Shown here: positions 35,072 through 49,400 of the stretch, in pieces | Numbering within the stretch: position 1 is the stretch's first letter | Layout of the letters: the number at the start of each line of letters is the position of its first letter | Source: Podarcis liolepis | Taxonomy: Eukaryota | Length of the DNA stretch: 64,000 nt | NCBI GenBank assembly: GCA_965112155.1 | Contig: OZ218098.1 | Reading direction: 5' to 3' (one strand) | Program-made: the position numbers and the translations under genes | The notes under the pieces: generated by a model | Databases searched by the model: none | What the model saw: the letters and a program-made list of their open reading frames with translations, nothing else | What the model was told of the DNA's origin: nothing

Positions 35072-38000
35072 GGCACACTACATTCAAGTCTTTTTGTTCA
35101 CCTTGGCTTTCCCCTGAGTTTTGGGCATCATTTACCTCTCTCAAATTGCTTCCATACAACAATGTGATGCCAAGCCAGTGCAGAGGTTGTACTGTCATGC
35201 TGTACTAAACAAGGGACAGCCCGGGTTTAAATTCTGACTCAGTCCTGAAGCTCCCTGGATGACCTAGGGTCAGTCACCATCTCTCAGCTTAACTTGCTTC
35301 ACAGCATTGTTGTGAGGATAAAATGGGGGTCGGACATAGAACCAAGTATGCTACCTTAGGTTCCCTGGAGGAATTTGGGATATAAACAAAGGGCCAAATT
35401 CAACTAACCAGTCTCACTTGTGGAAGCCTGTGCAAGGACTTCCGCTAGTGCAATGAAGGTTTCTCCCTATCCTCCCACTGCATGCCCCCTGCACCTCTGA
35501 TAACAGCTCTGAGGCAGTCAGGAGAACCCCCAGAAGAGCAAGCGTGAGCTGACAGGGTGATCTGTTTAGGGCTACACTGAATTCCTCCCATAATAACCCA
35601 TGTAAAGTGATCAATTAGTTGGCTAGTACATTACTCAAATCTTTCAAGGTTCAATTCCAGTAACCTTGAAAGATTAACCATTTCCCCCCAGCATGCCTTC
35701 AAGGCCAGAGGTTTCTTGACCAACTGCATTTGGTGAAGTAGCAGTGCAATCCTAGCCATGTCTACAGAAGTAAGTCCTATTGAATTCCATGGGGCTTACT
35801 CAGAATAAATGGTGTTGGGCGGCAGCCTAAGCTATTGTTTACAAAAGTCCATGCATCGATAGTCTTCATGGTGCCACAGGCATCCATCTGTCCCTTGCAG
35901 GATGTCAAACTCATTTTTATCTGTCATCCAGCTCAGCCATCCAGCCCTAAATCCTTGGTTACCAACAGTTATATCCTCATGGTTTGACAATTTCCTCCTT
36001 TTGCCCAATATTGCATTTTTAATGAAAGCTTTTCCAGGGGATCTGCAAATATCTCCTCTGAGGAACCTGATTTTCAGATTTGGGCTCTTCTTTTTGGAAC
36101 AAAGGAATTTGCCCTACTTTCCTTGAGGGATTGTTACATTTGCCTGGAATTTGGTTTCCGGCAACCTGAGTGAAGGCATTCTTGATACAGGGCCTCTGAG
36201 GGTGGAACTCCCTTCCCCTCCAGATAACATCTACAGCAGCTCTTAGGAGTTTTCGCAGCTAGTGAAAACTTTTTTTTCATCTGGACATTTGGCTGAATTT
36301 CTCTGTCTCCTCTGCACCTCAAACTTCATATTTGCCCTTGTGGATTGTTTGATGTGGAATTTACTTGTGTAGCATGAGAACAGAGGAAGCTGCCTTATAC
36401 CAAGTCAGACCACTGCTTCATCTAGCTCCACAGTGTCTGCTCTGGCTGGCAGAAACCCTTCAGGATTTGGGGCAGGAGCCTTTTCCCAGCTCAGGGACTG
36501 AACCAGGGACTTTCTGCTTGCAAGTCAGATCCTCTGCAATTGTGGGCCTTCAGAAGATGGCCCAAGAGGTGTCATCCATGTCTGAGCAGTCAGTGGCAAA
36601 TCTTACAAAGAAAGCTTGCAGACAAAGTTCAGGAGTTCCTCTAGGTCTGTATGTGAGGTGTCCCGACATAATGAAGTAGTGTGTTTTCAGGCATTCCCCA
36701 CCCCTCTTTCTTTTCTCCCATCTTAAAAGTGTCACACTGGAAAAAGTAGTTTCTTCAGAAGAAGAAGAAGAAGAGTTTGGATTTGATATCCCGCCTTTCA
36801 CTCCCTTTAAGGAGTCTCAAAGCGGCTAACATTCTCCTTTCCCTTCCTCCCCCACAACAAACACTCTGTGAGGTGAGTGGGGCTGAGAGACTTCAAAGAA
36901 GTGTGACTGGCCCAAGGTCACCCAGCAGCTGCATGTGGAGGAGCGGGGAATCGAACCCGGTTCACCAGATTACGAGACTACCGCTCTTAACCACTACACC
37001 ACACTGGCCCAGCAAGCTAGAATGCATATATAGTGCCTATGTCTGTGCACTGTTGCTTTGCAACGTTTGCCTCTAGTTAACACAAACAAGATACAAATAA
37101 GAAAGACATACGTGCGAAGGGTGGTGACCTCTGGGAGCTGGAATGTCTTCTTCACGAATTCATAGGCCTTGGCTGAGAACAAATGCAGCGAGACGGCAAA
37201 GTTGCGGGTGGCAGCTGGGTAGTTCTCGCACAGGGCTCCCTCACACTGCAAAGTGAGCTGCAGGTCTGCTGAAGTAAAGAGGGTTCCTCAAGCAAGGGAT
37301 GGACAGTGAGGTGAAGCTAATTTGGGGTGATGCTGCAGAGGAAGAGTCTTTAACATTGGCCTCAGCAGTGACTGCTGCATTCAGACTGGAGGCTGGGAGA
37401 AGATTCAACATCCTCTATTTTCATGGGGAAGGAAACCGGGTCCAAAACCCAGGAGGACTGGGTGACCAAGAAAGCAGAGAAGGATGTACTTAAAGTTATT
37501 AAGGGTTTGGGGAAGTGGGGGAGATTTGTAGCAATTGCATACTGAGCACAACTGGCCAGTCGGAAATGCTGAGGAGGTAATCAAGTGAGGTAGGGGGGCT
37601 GAAACAATGCCAATATATTCCACATCTGGCAACCAATGTGCTCCTTTGGTTTCAGAAAGTACATGGGTAGATGACTCTAAAAAGCCCAGGACACAATTTT
37701 TTCACGGCCTTCTAGCAGCTACGGTGGTTCATTTACCAGAAGTAATGTATTTAGTGTTAACTCTGGGAGCGTATACTTGATTCTGACCAAACTAAGCCTC
37801 CTACAGCAAAATATACATAAGGAGGCATAGTATGGTTAGAATCAAGTATACACTTCCAAAGTTAACACTAAATACATTACTTCTGGTGCGTGAGCCGCTA
37901 GAGGGCTGTGAAAACTACCCCACGCATCTTAACCAAGCCTTGAAGCTGGTTTGTATCACGGCTCCCTCCGTGGAACCTTGAATGATTCTGAAACTGCACT

Positions 38001-40867
38001 GGTCTTATTGCAAAGGCCTCTGGCATGAAGAAGAGCCCCTTTGGCAAAGCTTACGGTGCTTACCGCTGAACTGGGAGCGCAGCGTGTGTTCCATGTCCTT
38101 CTGGAGGAGATGCTGCTCCCGCAGGCTCTCCAGCACACTCCACAGCTCCTGCTGATAATAGGAGAGGCGGCGCTGGGCTGCGTCCTGCTCCCGTTCAGTC
38201 CCCTGCACTGGGCCAGTGGGGATCAGAGACTTGGTTCTGCTGCCCATAGCTTCACTCAGACTATACTGATGCTCCGCTTGGATGAGCTCCACCTACAGGA
38301 AGACAAAGAAGACCCGTTGCTCCATCTCTTTAATTCTCTCACCATAACTTCCATGTTCTCCCAGCACCCAATGTTTGTCCATGCGGATTTTCCACAAAGG
38401 GCTGGATTTGCTTATTCCTGAAAACTAAACTGACTTCACCTTTCTCCTTTGCCTTGATTTTCCTTTTAGCCTCTCACCACAGCCAGAGTAAACCGTTCCC
38501 AGACTCCCTTCTCCCATCAGATTCACAATAGTTAGTGGATGTGGCCACTCTCCTTCTTTAAAGCTAACTTAGGATACTGTGATGGAAGTCAGGTTCTGCA
38601 GTTTGCTCCAGGAGCAAAGAATGTTCTACCTTTGTACAGTAGGCTGGTTCTACTCACACTTACACACACCCTCCATCCAGGCCCACAAGAAGCATTATTT
38701 GAGGTCAAGGACACATTCCAGCCAGGCACAAACACTCAAGGAGGATGCAATCTAAGAACAATTAGGGATGTGGCCTTGGAAGAGTGGGTGTGGCCTGGGG
38801 AGTGTCCAGAGGGCCAGAGAGGGACCTGGAGGGCCACATTTCACCCATGGGCCTGAGGTTCCCCATCTCCGCTATAGGCTTTGTCCAAGTCCCAATGGTA
38901 ATATAAGCTACATGCTAGAGCATTTAGTGACACACAGTTTTGTAATTTTAGATTCTGACTTAACGGTCTCCTGGTGGGGAGGAGGGGCTCTTCATATGGT
39001 AAGGTCCATTACTTTTTTCAGAATTTGGAGCCAGCTCTGCTGTGTTTAGCGTTCTCCTGCTCATTCTTCTGTGTGGGGCCCTTGACCTCTGCCCCAAAGT
39101 CCTTCCCAACAGCTGCATTGCTGACACTGGAGAAGGCACCAGCTACCCTCGCTGGTATACGTACTGCTTTGGCTTGTGCAGGAGATGAGTCAGCTGCTGG
39201 AGTAGCTTCGCTGATACTAGCCACTGGCCAACTGATGCCCATGGTTTTGACAGACTTTGATGGATGTTTCCCTTTTGTTGGTTCCTGTATTGAGAAAGAG
39301 TTCAAATGAATTAGACATAGCAATTCGACCAAAAAAAGAAAAAGGCCTAGTTGAAACAGACTGGATAAGCTAATGCTGTAGTAGAAGGCAAAAGTGACCA
39401 AAAAATAATCCCCAACAACATTGCCATGGTATTACTGGAACTAATTAAGCATACTTCAAACTTTAGAGGCTGGATCCAGGTTATGCCTTAGTCCCACACA
39501 ATGAATGAGGCAACTTACTCATGACTATCTTAAATTTCATCAATTTAACTGGGTGGAAAGTTAACCGCTCGGCTGCAATCTAGATACACTTATCTCAAAG
39601 TCCCACTGAAGTCACTGGGATTTACTTATGTGTAGACATGTGTTGATTGTGGCATTATGTTTGATCCAACCTACTCTCTATGTTATTTACTCATTGTCAG
39701 GCAAACCCAGATTTATTTCAAATGAAGAAAAAAGGCATTTCTGAGACCAGAATACAGATGAGGGCTTATGTATTGGAATAGCCATCCACTACAAAACTAA
39801 TTCACTGCACAATAAAGGTAACATTGTCAGAGACAGTTGTTCTCTTAGCCTCCTTCATGGTGTGCTGGTTTTCCAGTGTCTGACTTCAAACACAGAATTC
39901 CTTGCCTGTGCTCTGAAATAGTATAGTCTGAAGGTTAAGACACATCCCTTTTCCTCAACACCAGCTGTCAGGCATGGGAAGGGAATGAATTCTGGACTCT
40001 CGGAACAGAGACACGCAATGCCTACACTGATTTGACAGCAACTCTCCATGGCTCTAGGCAGGAGTCTTTAGCCAGCACTACCTCGAGATGCCAGACATTG
40101 CACCTGGGCCCTTCTACATGCAATGCAAATATTCTGCCTCTGCATCACCTTGCCTCCCCATTATTATCAGTGGGATATGGAAGGAAAACTGGCTTTGGAA
40201 GTAAAGCTTCGTAGCCTTTTCAGACAGAGGCCTAATCTCAAGCATGCCAGCTCTTCAGGTGCAGATTATTATATCAAACTTCCTAAAACATTTCCGATGC
40301 TGCTGGGCTACAAGGTACACACCAAAAACGACTATAAAAATCTATGCCCAATGACCACTACAGAAAATACACCAAAGACAAAAGAAAAGGAAGAAAATTG
40401 CACAGATGAATATGGTTCCTAAGGCATTTTGAGAACCAAAGGGGGGGAATGCTTCTTAATAAAAACTGCTTGGAACATTCCCCCACCCCACTGCAGCACA
40501 CCTAAGCATATTCCCCCCGCCCCCACTTTGACGTAGTGGGAACCATATCCATCTCTGCAGCTGTCCCTTTTTTTGTTTTAGGACTATGGAAATCCTCTGC
40601 TGAGCCCACAAGCCGGTGGCAGAACAGGAAAAGTGCTGGGAGACCTTGACCTTCATCAAAAGCTGCAATGTTAAATGCACTTACACAAAGAGGGGTACAA
40701 CCAATAGGATACAATGACACTTAACCTCTGACTAAATATGGATAGGACTGTTGGAAATGTTTGATAACAAAGTGTATAAGAAAGAAGGGAAACTCTGCAA
40801 TGTGTCTTCCTCTGGGAGAGTTATCAGCTGAAGTGTGGGATACAAATTTTCAAAATAAGGTAAATCC

Positions 40868-40905
<38 letters not shown>

Positions 40906-43900
40906 CTGCTACTTAAAGTGTCCCTGAATTTGGTGCATTTGCCTGACCACCTTATTCCTGCTGTTCCCTGATCCTTCTGTGTCTTGTCCCTCTGTTGAAG
41001 TGTGAGCTAATTTTGGCAGGGTGCCAATATATTGACTACTGTACAACACTTAACATACATTTAAGCACTTTAATAAATAGATTTACCCACTGAATATTGC
41101 TCCCAGTACAGCAATCCCTTCCTTGTTCCTGTCTTCCATTTCTACATATAGTACTATATTTCATGTCAGGCTATCATCTGGACACCCCTTCTATTGCCAA
41201 CAAATGGTCTGTCCTAGCAGGTATCTGGATAAAGAAGTTCTTTTGTGGCTCCTTCTTCACTGTATGACCCTTTGTCCGAGCAGCTGAATCAGAGACTCAT
41301 AAAATGTGTTGGCACTTCTTCAGCTTTCCAGTTCCTGCTATTACGGAGCAAAAAGCTGATGAACCACAGTTCTTCTCTTCCATTCCCTTTACATATACAC
41401 CCCCAAGGCCCACTACCAATTCCCAAACTCTCATCCTCCCTTACTGCATTTTCCTTCCTTCAACCCAAGTTTGCAAGTTTAAGTAAATCCTCTCCCTATT
41501 CTGAATCCCACTGCTTTTGGCAATGTGTCTTTTTCCTTCACATATTCCCACTTTCAATTCATTCTCTTGCACCTGTGTTCAGTGGATTACATACTAGGAA
41601 ATGTGTCTATCTACTCAACTGTCTTCAAAAATAAACACAATCACCTACAGCTTATTTTTCTTCATTTAACGGATGGTCTTAGAAGCCATTGCTTCCTGAG
41701 CAGCAGGGGTGAGGAAACTTTTTGGGCCCAAGAGCTGCACTGCCCCATGGAGAACCTTACAAGGGCCACATGCAAGTCATGGAGGAGGCCAGAGGCAAAA
41801 TTGGGCGGGGCACCAGATGGGACTCTTATCTACATAGGCTACATCCTAGTCATGCAAAAGTCATAACAATCTGTACTCCCTGACCCCCACATACACACAC
41901 CTTTCCATTCACACAAGCAAAAGGCATCATCACAGACATCTTCCAGCCAGGCAACAGTTCACAAGAAGGGCACAGAACAGGGACACTGAAGGGTGTGGCC
42001 TAGTGAGAGTCATGAGGGCCTGAAAGAAAGGCCTAGAGAGCCACATTCACCCTCAAACCTGAGGTTTCCTAACACCGCTGAATGAGAAGGGAAAAGTACC
42101 ATGGAAAAGTGAGGTTGTATCAAATCTTATTCATATGCAGAGAAGACCCACTGAAACTAACAGACATGACTAACTTGGGTTCATTAATTTTAATGGGCCT
42201 ACACCAAGCAGAAATTAGTTGTAGTCAACCCTTAGAGGTTTCGGGTTTTAGACTGGACCAGAACCTGAGGTAGCACATATTTTAGGGACAAAGGAGATCT
42301 AGGAGGAGGGCCCTTGAGGTTAGTAAATGAGAATCAAGCTGCAGCTCAGAAATCCCTCAGTGTGGCCCAAATTGCTGAGCAGGGCAGACAATTAAAAAGT
42401 CCAGCTAAGCTGCCAAGGTGAGCTGCACTACAGCTTTCCTGACCAGGGAAGAGTCACTAGCAGGAAGCCTTTCCTGTCCTGTACAAGGAAGACAAACATC
42501 CCTAATGCCAGCAATTCTTACATTTCTGCTGCCTTCACAGAAAACCAGGGGATGGGATCGGAAGCATCCACCTCTGCAGCTCTGTATTGTCAGAGACTAG
42601 GAATGCTGTCAGAAATTATGAGGCATTTGAGGGGCCTGGGTAAGATTTAGGGACGAGAACCAGCCTTCTTGTTCCTGTACCACAACTCTTTCCCCTCTAG
42701 GACAGCATGACTCACACCAAGGAGGACAAGAGACAAGCCCCTGGTTGTGCAATGTCATTTCCCCACCCCTTTGGCTATAAAAAATTCAAATGACTTTCCA
42801 TTCAAATGAATTTATTTCAACTTTTGGAAAGAGGCAAGGAGGGTGCACTCTCCCCAGGCGCTCATTTTTTGGACTGAGGTAGCAAATCCAGTTATTACAC
42901 CAGGGCCTACTCACAGGATGTTGCGGTTACCTCACTAATCCAAACCAGATGTTGAGGATCCCAGAGACCATTGCTTTCTTCATGCAGTAACCCAGGCCTC
43001 TCCCAGATGTGAGCAAGATATCAAGGCTGAGAGAAACCCCCTCAGAAAGTCCAAACAGTACCAAATAAGACTACTCCATTTAGAATGCATTTTGCATCTG
43101 CCTAGTTCTTTAAGAGGCCTGATTGTTCTACAAAGGCACCAAACTAAACTCAGTTCTCCTTCTGTGAGAAGGATTACAAAACAGGCCACAGGTAGGCTGC
43201 ATATGGATAAAATCACTTCTTTTGGGATGGTTCCAACCCCCACCCCCGGCCATCTTCTGTGTTTGTCATTTCCTTCTACCTTCTATGACCCCAGATGAAA
43301 GCTTTCAATTGCCATAGGTAGCGCAAGATCTTCTGCCTCAATCCACAAAGGAGATCTACCTAGCTCAGCATCTTGCTTCAAAGAGTAACAAGCCACATGC
43401 TGCTAGGGACTTGCTTCAAATCTTAATGTAACCCAGGATACCCTGCCCTCTTGGACATTTTGTTCCTGCCATAGCATGACATTTAACAACAGCTGTACAT
43501 ACTGAAACTTTTCGTGGACAGTGCTTGCATTATTCAGGGACTGAAGACAAGGAGGCAGGGCACTCTCCTGAAACAAACACTTGGCAGTTAAGAGCAGTGT
43601 GCCTATGTTGCAGCTTCAGAGGCATACAGATCACCCATTCTGAAAGAAAACAACAAGAAACACAGGACAGAAAGCCCCAGGGAGCTACGTTTTGGGCAGC
43701 CTATGCACTGATGAATACAACCAGCAATAAAGGGGGAGAGTGGGGGAAAGGTCCCACATTGCAGCCAAATCTGATGTTCCCTCTTGTGGCAAAACCAAAA
43801 CGTTATTCTGTGCAGAGATTCTTTTAGATTGGATCAGCAATACTTCCAGAAAAACAACCACCACCTCCTTATACCATGGAGGCGTGGAAAAAAGATTAGA

Positions 43901-46362
43901 TATGAGGCAAACACAACGAATTATGAAGTGGATATAAAGAGTGAGGGGCACACAGTCTCCCCCCCCCCTTTTTAAACGTCATAGCAAGGACAGAAAACAT
44001 GATCTTCCGATGTTGTTGTGAATCCAACAGAGATGATGGGAATTGTATCTAACAACATCCCTACCTCTGACTTACAAGCTACAGACAAATCAAGACCTTT
44101 CTGCTCTAAATAAGTGAGAGACAGGAACAAAACCTTAGTTCAACTCTCTTCCATCTTTATTCATTGAGCTATACCAATCCCAGATCCTACAAAGATGTGC
44201 ATCCAGGATAGACTTATCTGTAAGGTGAGAGTCTAGATGCTAACTTGTGTCAACATGCAGTCACATGGACACATCCCAGCTAACAACTAAACATTTAAGT
44301 TGACTAAGCTTTACTCAGAGTACACCCACTGAAATGAATAAACATGACTAAGTTAGGGCCATTAAGTTCAATGGGTCTACTCTGAGTAAAACTTAGTTGA
44401 ATGCTACCCTTGAACGAAGTAGCAATCTTATACTGTAAATACTGTAGGAAGAAGAGGGGAGATATCTGGCTATTGTACCAGGAGACCAGCCATTATATCT
44501 GAGGAAAACACACAACTCAGAAAGCATTGAAATGGTGTAAAAACAGCAGACCGCCCTCCCCCACACTTCCTACTACAGTACTAAGAAACTCTACCAAAGC
44601 CCACCAATCAGGGACTATAGGTGATGGTGCCCACAAATGGAGGGAGCCAGCGAACTCTTAATGACTCAAACACACACACACAAAGAGCAGGTGTCCCTTC
44701 ATCACAACATGAGAAACCAGCAGTAACTCTGCTGCTTGAAGCCCCAAAACATCCCAATAAGCAGGGGTTCAAGACTCCTTTTGCTGCTCTCAAACACAAT
44801 TTTGTAGCCAAAACACGCAAGGGAAAGGAAGAAGATCCCACCCAACACAGCACTCATGTTGTTCCCATAGCACATATAGAGCCGATCCCAAGCAGTGCCG
44901 GAAAGAGGCAAGTTGAGGGGCAGTTCAAGGTCCAGGCAACGAGTGTTCCAGCCTGGTACTGAGGTCTTTGAGCTGGAGCTACCGGAACCACACCCAGGGG
45001 TCCAGCTGAGTTTCATGAGCTGTTGTCAAAGAAAGACTCCCAAGTCTGGTACTTCCCTTTATGGACAGGTTTCCATTTGCTGTTTAAAACATTGTTGCTC
45101 CTACAAGCTCAGGGTCCATCCAGCCTTAGCTTCTGAGGCCAAACTCTCCCACTGTGCCAACAGCCCCATAGCGGCCTTGTCCAAGAGTCCCAACTTACTC
45201 ATCTCCCCAGATCTAGTCAGGTCTGGGGCTTTGCTAAGTACTGGGGGCTCCAGGTCATCCTCCAATGAGGAATTCTCCAGCTAATACATAGTACAGGGGT
45301 AGGCAACCTAAGGCCCGTGGGCCAGATGTGGCCCAATGCCTTCTCAATCCGGCCCGCGGATAGTCCAGGAATCAGCGTGTTTTTACATGAGTAGAATGTG
45401 TCCTTTTATTTAAAATGCATCTCTGGGTTATTTGTGGGGCACAGAAATTTGTTCATTCCCCTCCCCCAAAAAATATAGTCAAGCCCCCCACATGGTCTGA
45501 GGGACAGTGGACCGGCCCATGGCTGAAAAAGGTTGCTGACCCCTGATATAGCAGCAGCAGTAGTGGGGGCTCTCCAGCCTGCAAGATTACAGTGGTGCCC
45601 CGCAAGACGAATGCCTCGCAAGATGGAAAACTCGCTAGACGAAAGGGTTTTCCGTTTTGGAGGTGCTTCACAAAACGAATCTCCTATGGGCTTGCTTCAC
45701 AAGACAAAAATGTCTTGCGAGTTCCTGCGGGTTTTTCCCCCCTCCCCCCCTTTTTCTAAGCCGCTAAGCCGCTTATCAGCTGATCCGATAAGCCGATAAG
45801 CCGCTAAAAGCCGGTAATAGCGCTAATCCGTCAATGGGCTTGCTTCGCAAGACGAAAAAACCGCTAGACGAAGAGAATCACAGAACGGATTCTTTTCGTC
45901 TTGCGAGGCACCACTGTATTTAGGCCCACCAGGCTGCCCCATTTGGTCTGTGAAGGCGTTTTGGTCAATCCAAGCCCATCTGTCCTACACCGGATGTCAT
46001 ATATGTCATCAGGTGTCAGGCAAGCAAAGACAAAGCTCAGCCAAAAACGGTCTGGCTTGCAAAGCAGCTGATTGCAGGCACCTACAAAGTACTGTGCCCT
46101 TGGTTTGATTTCAAGCTGTGCAGGTCAAAGGAAGATGAGTCACCTGACATTACAGTGATGTTGGCTGGCTGACAGGTGGGCAACCCCATCCACTCATTAA
46201 AGTTGGCCCCTGGGTGGTGGGGAACATAAGGACCCTCAAGTCTTCTGACCAGCCAATTCCCCACTCCAGAATAGGGCATGGAGCTGAGAAGCAACCCATG
46301 CCCACTCAGCTAGTGTAACTGTAGTATCGAATTACAATGAAATTCTCTCCCACTGAATAATA

Positions 46363-46411
<49 letters not shown>

Positions 46412-49400
46412 ACCGCAGACATCCAACTGGCTTGCCCCAGACACTCTGGGCATCTTTCAACATAATATAAAAACATAGTGAGACATCAAACATTAAAAAC
46501 TTCCCGATACAGGGCTGTATTTGGAAAGTTGTGTAATTGTTCATTCTTTGACATCTGATGTGGGGGCATTCAACAGGGCGAGTGCCACTACTGAGAAGGC
46601 CCTCTGCCTGGTTCCGTGTAACTTCACTTCTCACAATGAAGGAACCACCAGAACGCACTCAGAACTGGACCTCAGAGCTGAATGATGGGGGCGAAGCTGC
46701 TCTTTTAGGTATACAGAGCCGAGGCCATGAAATCAGTGAGACCTGAAATTTCTTAAACTTGAATAGATTCTGCCTGAACTTGCAAGCAGAAATGGAAACA
46801 CTGCAACCAGGGTGTGGCGCAAACTCAGTGAAACGTTACACAAAGTGGCCATTGTCTGCCGAGCAATCATGTGTGGGTTTGCATATTGCAGGGCTCCCCA
46901 CAAAGCACTCCAGTGTTAAAAAAAACAAAACCCCAACCTTCTAGATGTCCGTCCCCCCTGTTATGTAAACCTAATAAGCAACCTGGAGGAAACTAAAATC
47001 TGGATCAAGTAGAGGAACTCTAAAAAAGAAATAGAAACATAAAGATACCCTGAAACACACATAAATTGGTCAGTCAACACGTTTTGAATTAATGCTCAAG
47101 GTGGTATAGAAAAGTTGAATACAATGGAAATAAGAGCTAAATATAACCTCCATTCTTCCTGTGTGCTAATATAATGTTACTGTTAAAACCTTCCTACCCT
47201 ACAGCAATGAAATATGGAGTGACACTGTGACATAAAGAGGAAATTGGGGGGGGAGGAACGATGACATTTTATTACAGTGGTACCTTGGGTTACATACGCT
47301 TCAGGTTACACACACTTCAGGTTACACACTCCGCTAACCCAGAAATAGTGCTTCAGGTTAAGAACTTTGCTTCAGGGTAAGAACAGAAATCGGGCTCTGG
47401 TGGCGCAGCAGCAGCAGGAGGCCCCATTAGCTAAAGTGGTGCTTCAGGTTAAGAACAGTTTCAGGTTAAGAACGGACCTCCAGAACGAATTAAGTACTTA
47501 ACCTGAGGTACCACTGTACAAGCAAATCTTCCAGAAGCATAGAAATGAACAGCGCAACTAGATAATGTGCAGGGGTGTGGGAAGTGTATTTACAGAACAA
47601 TCCTATTCTCGTGCTATGACAAAGAGGCAGTAGATAAGTCACCACTTTGTTGGCTGAATAGCTGCCACACCCAATGCAAGCTCAACCTGAAACAGTGTGG
47701 TGTGGAACACACAGCACAGAAATGCCAAAAGCAGTATAAACACAACAGACACAAACTCACTGCCCCTAGAAACATCCTAAAGCCTACAAGTTAAGGACCA
47801 TGCCTGGAATGAGAGCCAGTGTAGCGTAGTAGGGAGAGTATTGGACTAGGACCTGGAAGAACGGAGTTCAAATCCCCTCTCAGATATGAAGTGCACTGGG
47901 TGACTTTGCGCTAGTCACAATCTCTCAGCCTAACCTACTGTACAAGGGTGTTGCAATAGTGAAATGGGGATGGGGACAACTGTGTATACCACCTTGAACT
48001 CCTGGAGGAAAGGCAGGATATAAATGTAATAGTGAAGGATGCCCACCAATGGGGCATTTGGCCTCCCACTCCCACCTCCAAGCCCCAGCATCCAATTAGA
48101 GGTGCTAGGAGCACAAGGGTTGCAGGAGAAGCCCTGGTTTGTTAGAAAAGTGCAGCAGGGCTTCTGCTAAACCCTGCAGCCCCTCAACCAGCAGAGAGCG
48201 GGCCTTTTCTGTGGTGGCTCCTCATCTGTGCAATGCTCTCCGCAGAGAGGCTCACCTGCCACTATCATTACATGTCTTTAGGCGCCAAGCAAAAACATTC
48301 CTCTTTACCCGGGCCTCCAGCCATTAAATAATCTATGGCTTGTTAAATGTGTTTGTGGCAGGGACTGTTATGGTGAATATTTTATTAGCATGCATCTATA
48401 ATTATGCTCTGCATTATGTTTTTGATTATTATGCTCCGTGAAATATGTTCTTGATGTTGTACACCACTCTGGGATCTTTGGATAAAGGGTGGTATATAAA
48501 CTGAAATCATCATCATCATCATCTTCACTGTATGATTGTGCCCTTAAGTTTCTGGTATCTTCTTACTCCAAGCCCCTCACATGTCCTCCACCACACAGCA
48601 TATATTGTATAATAATATTATGGCTCCCCCCAGTGGTTCATGCTGTTGATGCACTACAGTGCTGGGAGAGGGAATCAAACACTTCTCCAAACTTTGAGGC
48701 TACTTGTTGCTGGGAACAGAGCAAGGGCAACAACATGAATTGGTGTGAGATAATCTTCAGGTGTACTAACATAGTGTCAGCAGCACTGTTTTATTATGAC
48801 TGCTTGCAGTCTTGTCTACCTTGGTAAAGGAAATCTTTATTACCCCATGAAATAAGGCAGCATGGCTTGGATCATGAGCAAGAACATCAAGACACACGGA
48901 AAGAAGAGTAGCAGTTAGCGACAAGAACACATGACCAGCATGTCAAAGTTTAAAGCCCTGCTGGATCACATCAAGGGCTGTTTAGACCAGTAGTGGCACA
49001 CCTTTTTTCAGACCAGGCTCCCTATTTCCTTCTGAGCGCCAGATTCCAGTGGTGGGTGGGGCAGTACCAAAAGTAGGCAGAGCAATAAATGCAAATTTAC
49101 CTTTCTATACACACTTACACATCATACACCCCTCTTTATCTTCCATCCAGACAAGCAAGACACATCATTAGAGCTCCAACTAGGAAACAATATTCAGGGT
49201 GTGAAGGGTATCAGCCTGGGAAGAGTTCCAAGTGCCGGAAGAAGAAGAAGAATTTGGATTTGATATCCCGCTTTATCACTACCCAAAGGAATCTCAAAGC
49301 AGCTAACATTCTCCTTTCCCTTCCTCCCCCACAACAAACACTCTGTGAGGTGAGTGAGGCTGAGAGATTTCAGAGAAGTGTGACTAGCCCAAGGTCACCC

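Noticed and set aside
36930-37008. tRNA gene
   Set aside because: The A and B boxes belong to a SINE head followed by a SINE body and (CTT)n tail; a duplicate lies near 49410-49488.
44608-45284. Cluster of 80-130 aa ORFs in THAP9-like intron 2 as extra exons
   Set aside because: No homology recognised, no convincing phase-0 splice pair, and the gene model closes without them.
45755-45835. Short direct repeats resembling a CRISPR-like array
   Set aside because: Eukaryotic context; irregular 7-9 bp units inside a TA-flanked MITE, with no spacers.
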